Below, piece after piece: positions 21,271-23,285 of a stretch of 23,285 bases of DNA. The DNA lies in assembly GCA_013265495.1 (NCBI GenBank), contig MU058139.1, positions 434,001 to 457,285 on the forward strand, read 5' to 3'. Position numbers and translations under genes: made by a program. Within the stretch, counting starts at the first letter, position 1; each line of letters begins with the position of its first letter. A model generated the notes under the pieces. It worked only from the letters and a program-made list of their open reading frames with translations, was not told the origin of the DNA and ran no database searches. This DNA is from Vicugna vicugna (taxonomy: Eukaryota).

Positions 21271-21498
21271 AGTCAGGGAAAGATACCATTAGTGTTTTTA
21301 CAGTGTAGATGCATTCATGCTAGGAAAAGGAGATATTTCCTGGAAATTTGTACAAGACTTTCAGAAGGTGATTTTCAATGTGCTGTGAAACTCATTCTTG
21401 ATAGCTTTTTTAAAATGCTCACAAGCTCCAGCTAACTTATCTGCTTAAATTTAAATTTTGTTAAGTAAGAATTGGTACTCTTGAACAGAATGTGGATA

Positions 21499-21936
21499 CA
21501 GGCAGACCTTGTTTTATTGTGCTTGGCTTAATTGCGTTTCACCGATGCTGTGTGTTCTTTGACACATTGGAGGTTTGTGGCATCGAGCAAGTCTGTTGGT
21601 GCCATTTTCCCAACAGCATTGGCTCACTTCATGTCTCTGTGTCACGTGCTGGCAATTCTCTAAAGACTTCATACCTTTTCACTATTATTACATCTGTTAA
21701 TGGTGGTCTGTGATCAGCGATCTTCAGTGTGACTACTGTGACTTCCTGAAGGCTCAGATGATGGTTAGCTTTTTTTTTTAATGATGAAGTGCTTTTGACT
21801 TAAGGTAAGTACATAATTTTTTTAGACGTAATGCTGTTGCACACTTAGTAGACTACGTAACTTTTACATGCACCGGGAAACTCGCTTTACTGTGGTGGTT
21901 TGGAACGGAACCTGCAGTGTCTCCGAGGTCTGCCTA
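21499..21936 (+). mobile_element. Tigger1-derived MITE (Tigger1a_Art-like), both ends present, TA TSD
   Basis: ta|caggcagacct…aggtctgccta|ta (TIRs 10/11, TA at 21497-21498 and 21937-21938). The Tigger1 5' arm runs to …tctgtgatcagcgatctt… and joins tgaaggctcagatgatggttagc of the 3' arm. Confidence 0.9.
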
Positions 21937-22471
21937 TAGTGTATACGTTTTTTTCAACTCCGGTAAAACCTTGAGAATGCCTTTCTCCTGTCAGTTTTTC
22001 TTTCTCTTTGTGAATCAGCTTAACAGACAAAACACCACTCTGATACGACTGACCACTAGTTAACAAACTCGTCGACCTCATGTTCACCTATTTTCGATCT
22101 GAACTTTCTTGTCTAACGTTTTGCTGTTCTTTCAGCCTTTTTCGTCCCCTGCCTAGTCTCTGGCCAATCCCTGATTCTTAGCGGAAGCGTCTGCCCCGCT
22201 CTCCTCGTCTTGCTCCTCTTTCCTAAAGTTGAGATGAATTCTAACCTTCTCCACAAAGCCCTCCCTTCCAGCCAACTGAACCAGCCCTCGGTGAAAATAA
22301 AGCATCGGGTGCCCACAGCTTACTAGCCTCTGGGGACCACACCCCCAGCGACCATGACTTCAGTGTGAAAGGAAGGAGTGAAAAGAGCTAGCGGTTTGGA
22401 ACACCCTGCTCTGTATCCAGGGGAAGCCACAGGCTTAACGTGGTTGAGGGACCAGAGCTGGAGGCTGGGGG

Positions 22472-22509
22472 CTTTCTTACAGCTTCAAGCCTTTCTTACA
22501 GCTTCAAGC
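22472..22509. repeat. Perfect 19-bp tandem duplication
   Basis: ctttcttacagcttcaagc twice (22472-22490, 22491-22509). Confidence 0.95.
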
Positions 22510-22850
22510 CATCCCCCTGCGGCCTCTGCTGGTGATGGATGTGTGCAGGTTAGACATCCTGCTCCGGGACACTTGAAGCTCCATGGACCACACCACACAT
22601 TGACCCTGGAGCTTCACTTGTTCAAATAGAAAAGCAGGGAGAATTGCTAAGGTTAAAGGCAGAGTTGTGAACAGTTAGGAGGGGAGTTAACAAAGGGACA
22701 GTGTGGGATTTTTTCCAGCACTGGGCATCTTCCTCCACCCGCTTCATCAGCACTGAAACAGAAGGCAAGGAAGGAAGAGAAGCAACCCTGCGGGACCTCT
22801 TGCGGAACTAATTCTTATTGTAAAAGACATGAACTGTTGGCAGAGCATGT

Positions 22851-22878
22851 TGTGTGAATGTGTGTGTGCGTGTGTGTG
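22851..22878. repeat. Interrupted (TG)n microsatellite
   Basis: tgtgtgaatgtgtgtgtgcgtgtgtgtg. Confidence 0.8.
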
Positions 22879-23285
22879 AACTGGACCCATCCCTCATCTC
22901 TCTTGTAACAATCGAAGATTGGGAGGGAGTGTGTATAATATCCCATTATAATGACGCTTTAAGAGCCTAGATAGTTCTGACATCGAGCTTGCTTTCTGCA
23001 TTGATTGATTGCCATTTATTGTGTGTTCTCTTCTTTCTCACTGTGTTTCCAGACTCCTTAGGAACCCTCCCTAGAGGAAGGAATCTCTATCCCTTTTTCT
23101 TGCCTTTCCGCGATGGCACTTCCTGCCAGGCCGTGGAAAACCACGGCCTTTCCTCTTAGAGCTGCTTCTCCCACTCAGCTCCCAGATGAAAGCCATTTAT
23201 TGACTTGCAGCCTGGCGGGTGCTCCAGCCCCTCAGCCCCACCCAGAGTGTGATTTCCCAGGTGTGTTCCTAGAAGAATTCAGGGT

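Noticed and set aside
1..23285. A previously undescribed multi-gene system or RNA gene (tRNA, snoRNA, miRNA)
   Set aside because: I saw no such structure by eye, and the window is largely explained as RSU1 intron with one exon plus known repeat classes. An Infernal/Rfam scan would be needed to exclude small RNAs formally.

Overview
This is mammalian genomic DNA, almost entirely intronic, from the RSU1 (Ras suppressor protein 1) gene on the + strand. The only coding sequence I can support is a 51-nt internal exon at 13797-13847 (F-TLSHITQLVLSHNKLT, first LRR of RSU1) with canonical splice sites, which the ORF track misses. The rest is intron containing layered transposon fossils: old L1M/L1MC, several younger 5'-truncated L1 3' ends (some with target-site duplications, TSDs), two Tigger1-derived MITEs, MER20/MER33/MER94-type hAT elements, MER21 and LTR16-type LTRs, MIR and L2. 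The L1 3'-UTR type and the absence of recognisable Alu, B1/B2, Bov-tA, PRE-1 or CHR-2 SINEs suggest a cetartiodactyl, most likely a camelid (inference). The listed ORFs are L1 ORF2 remnants or chance ORFs. I found no evidence of a new biological system. The best leads are nested insertions, an unexplained ~80-bp direct repeat pair, candidate enhancer and CTCF sites, and candidate poison pseudo-exons. Repeat family names come from recalled consensus sequences and were not checked by a search.
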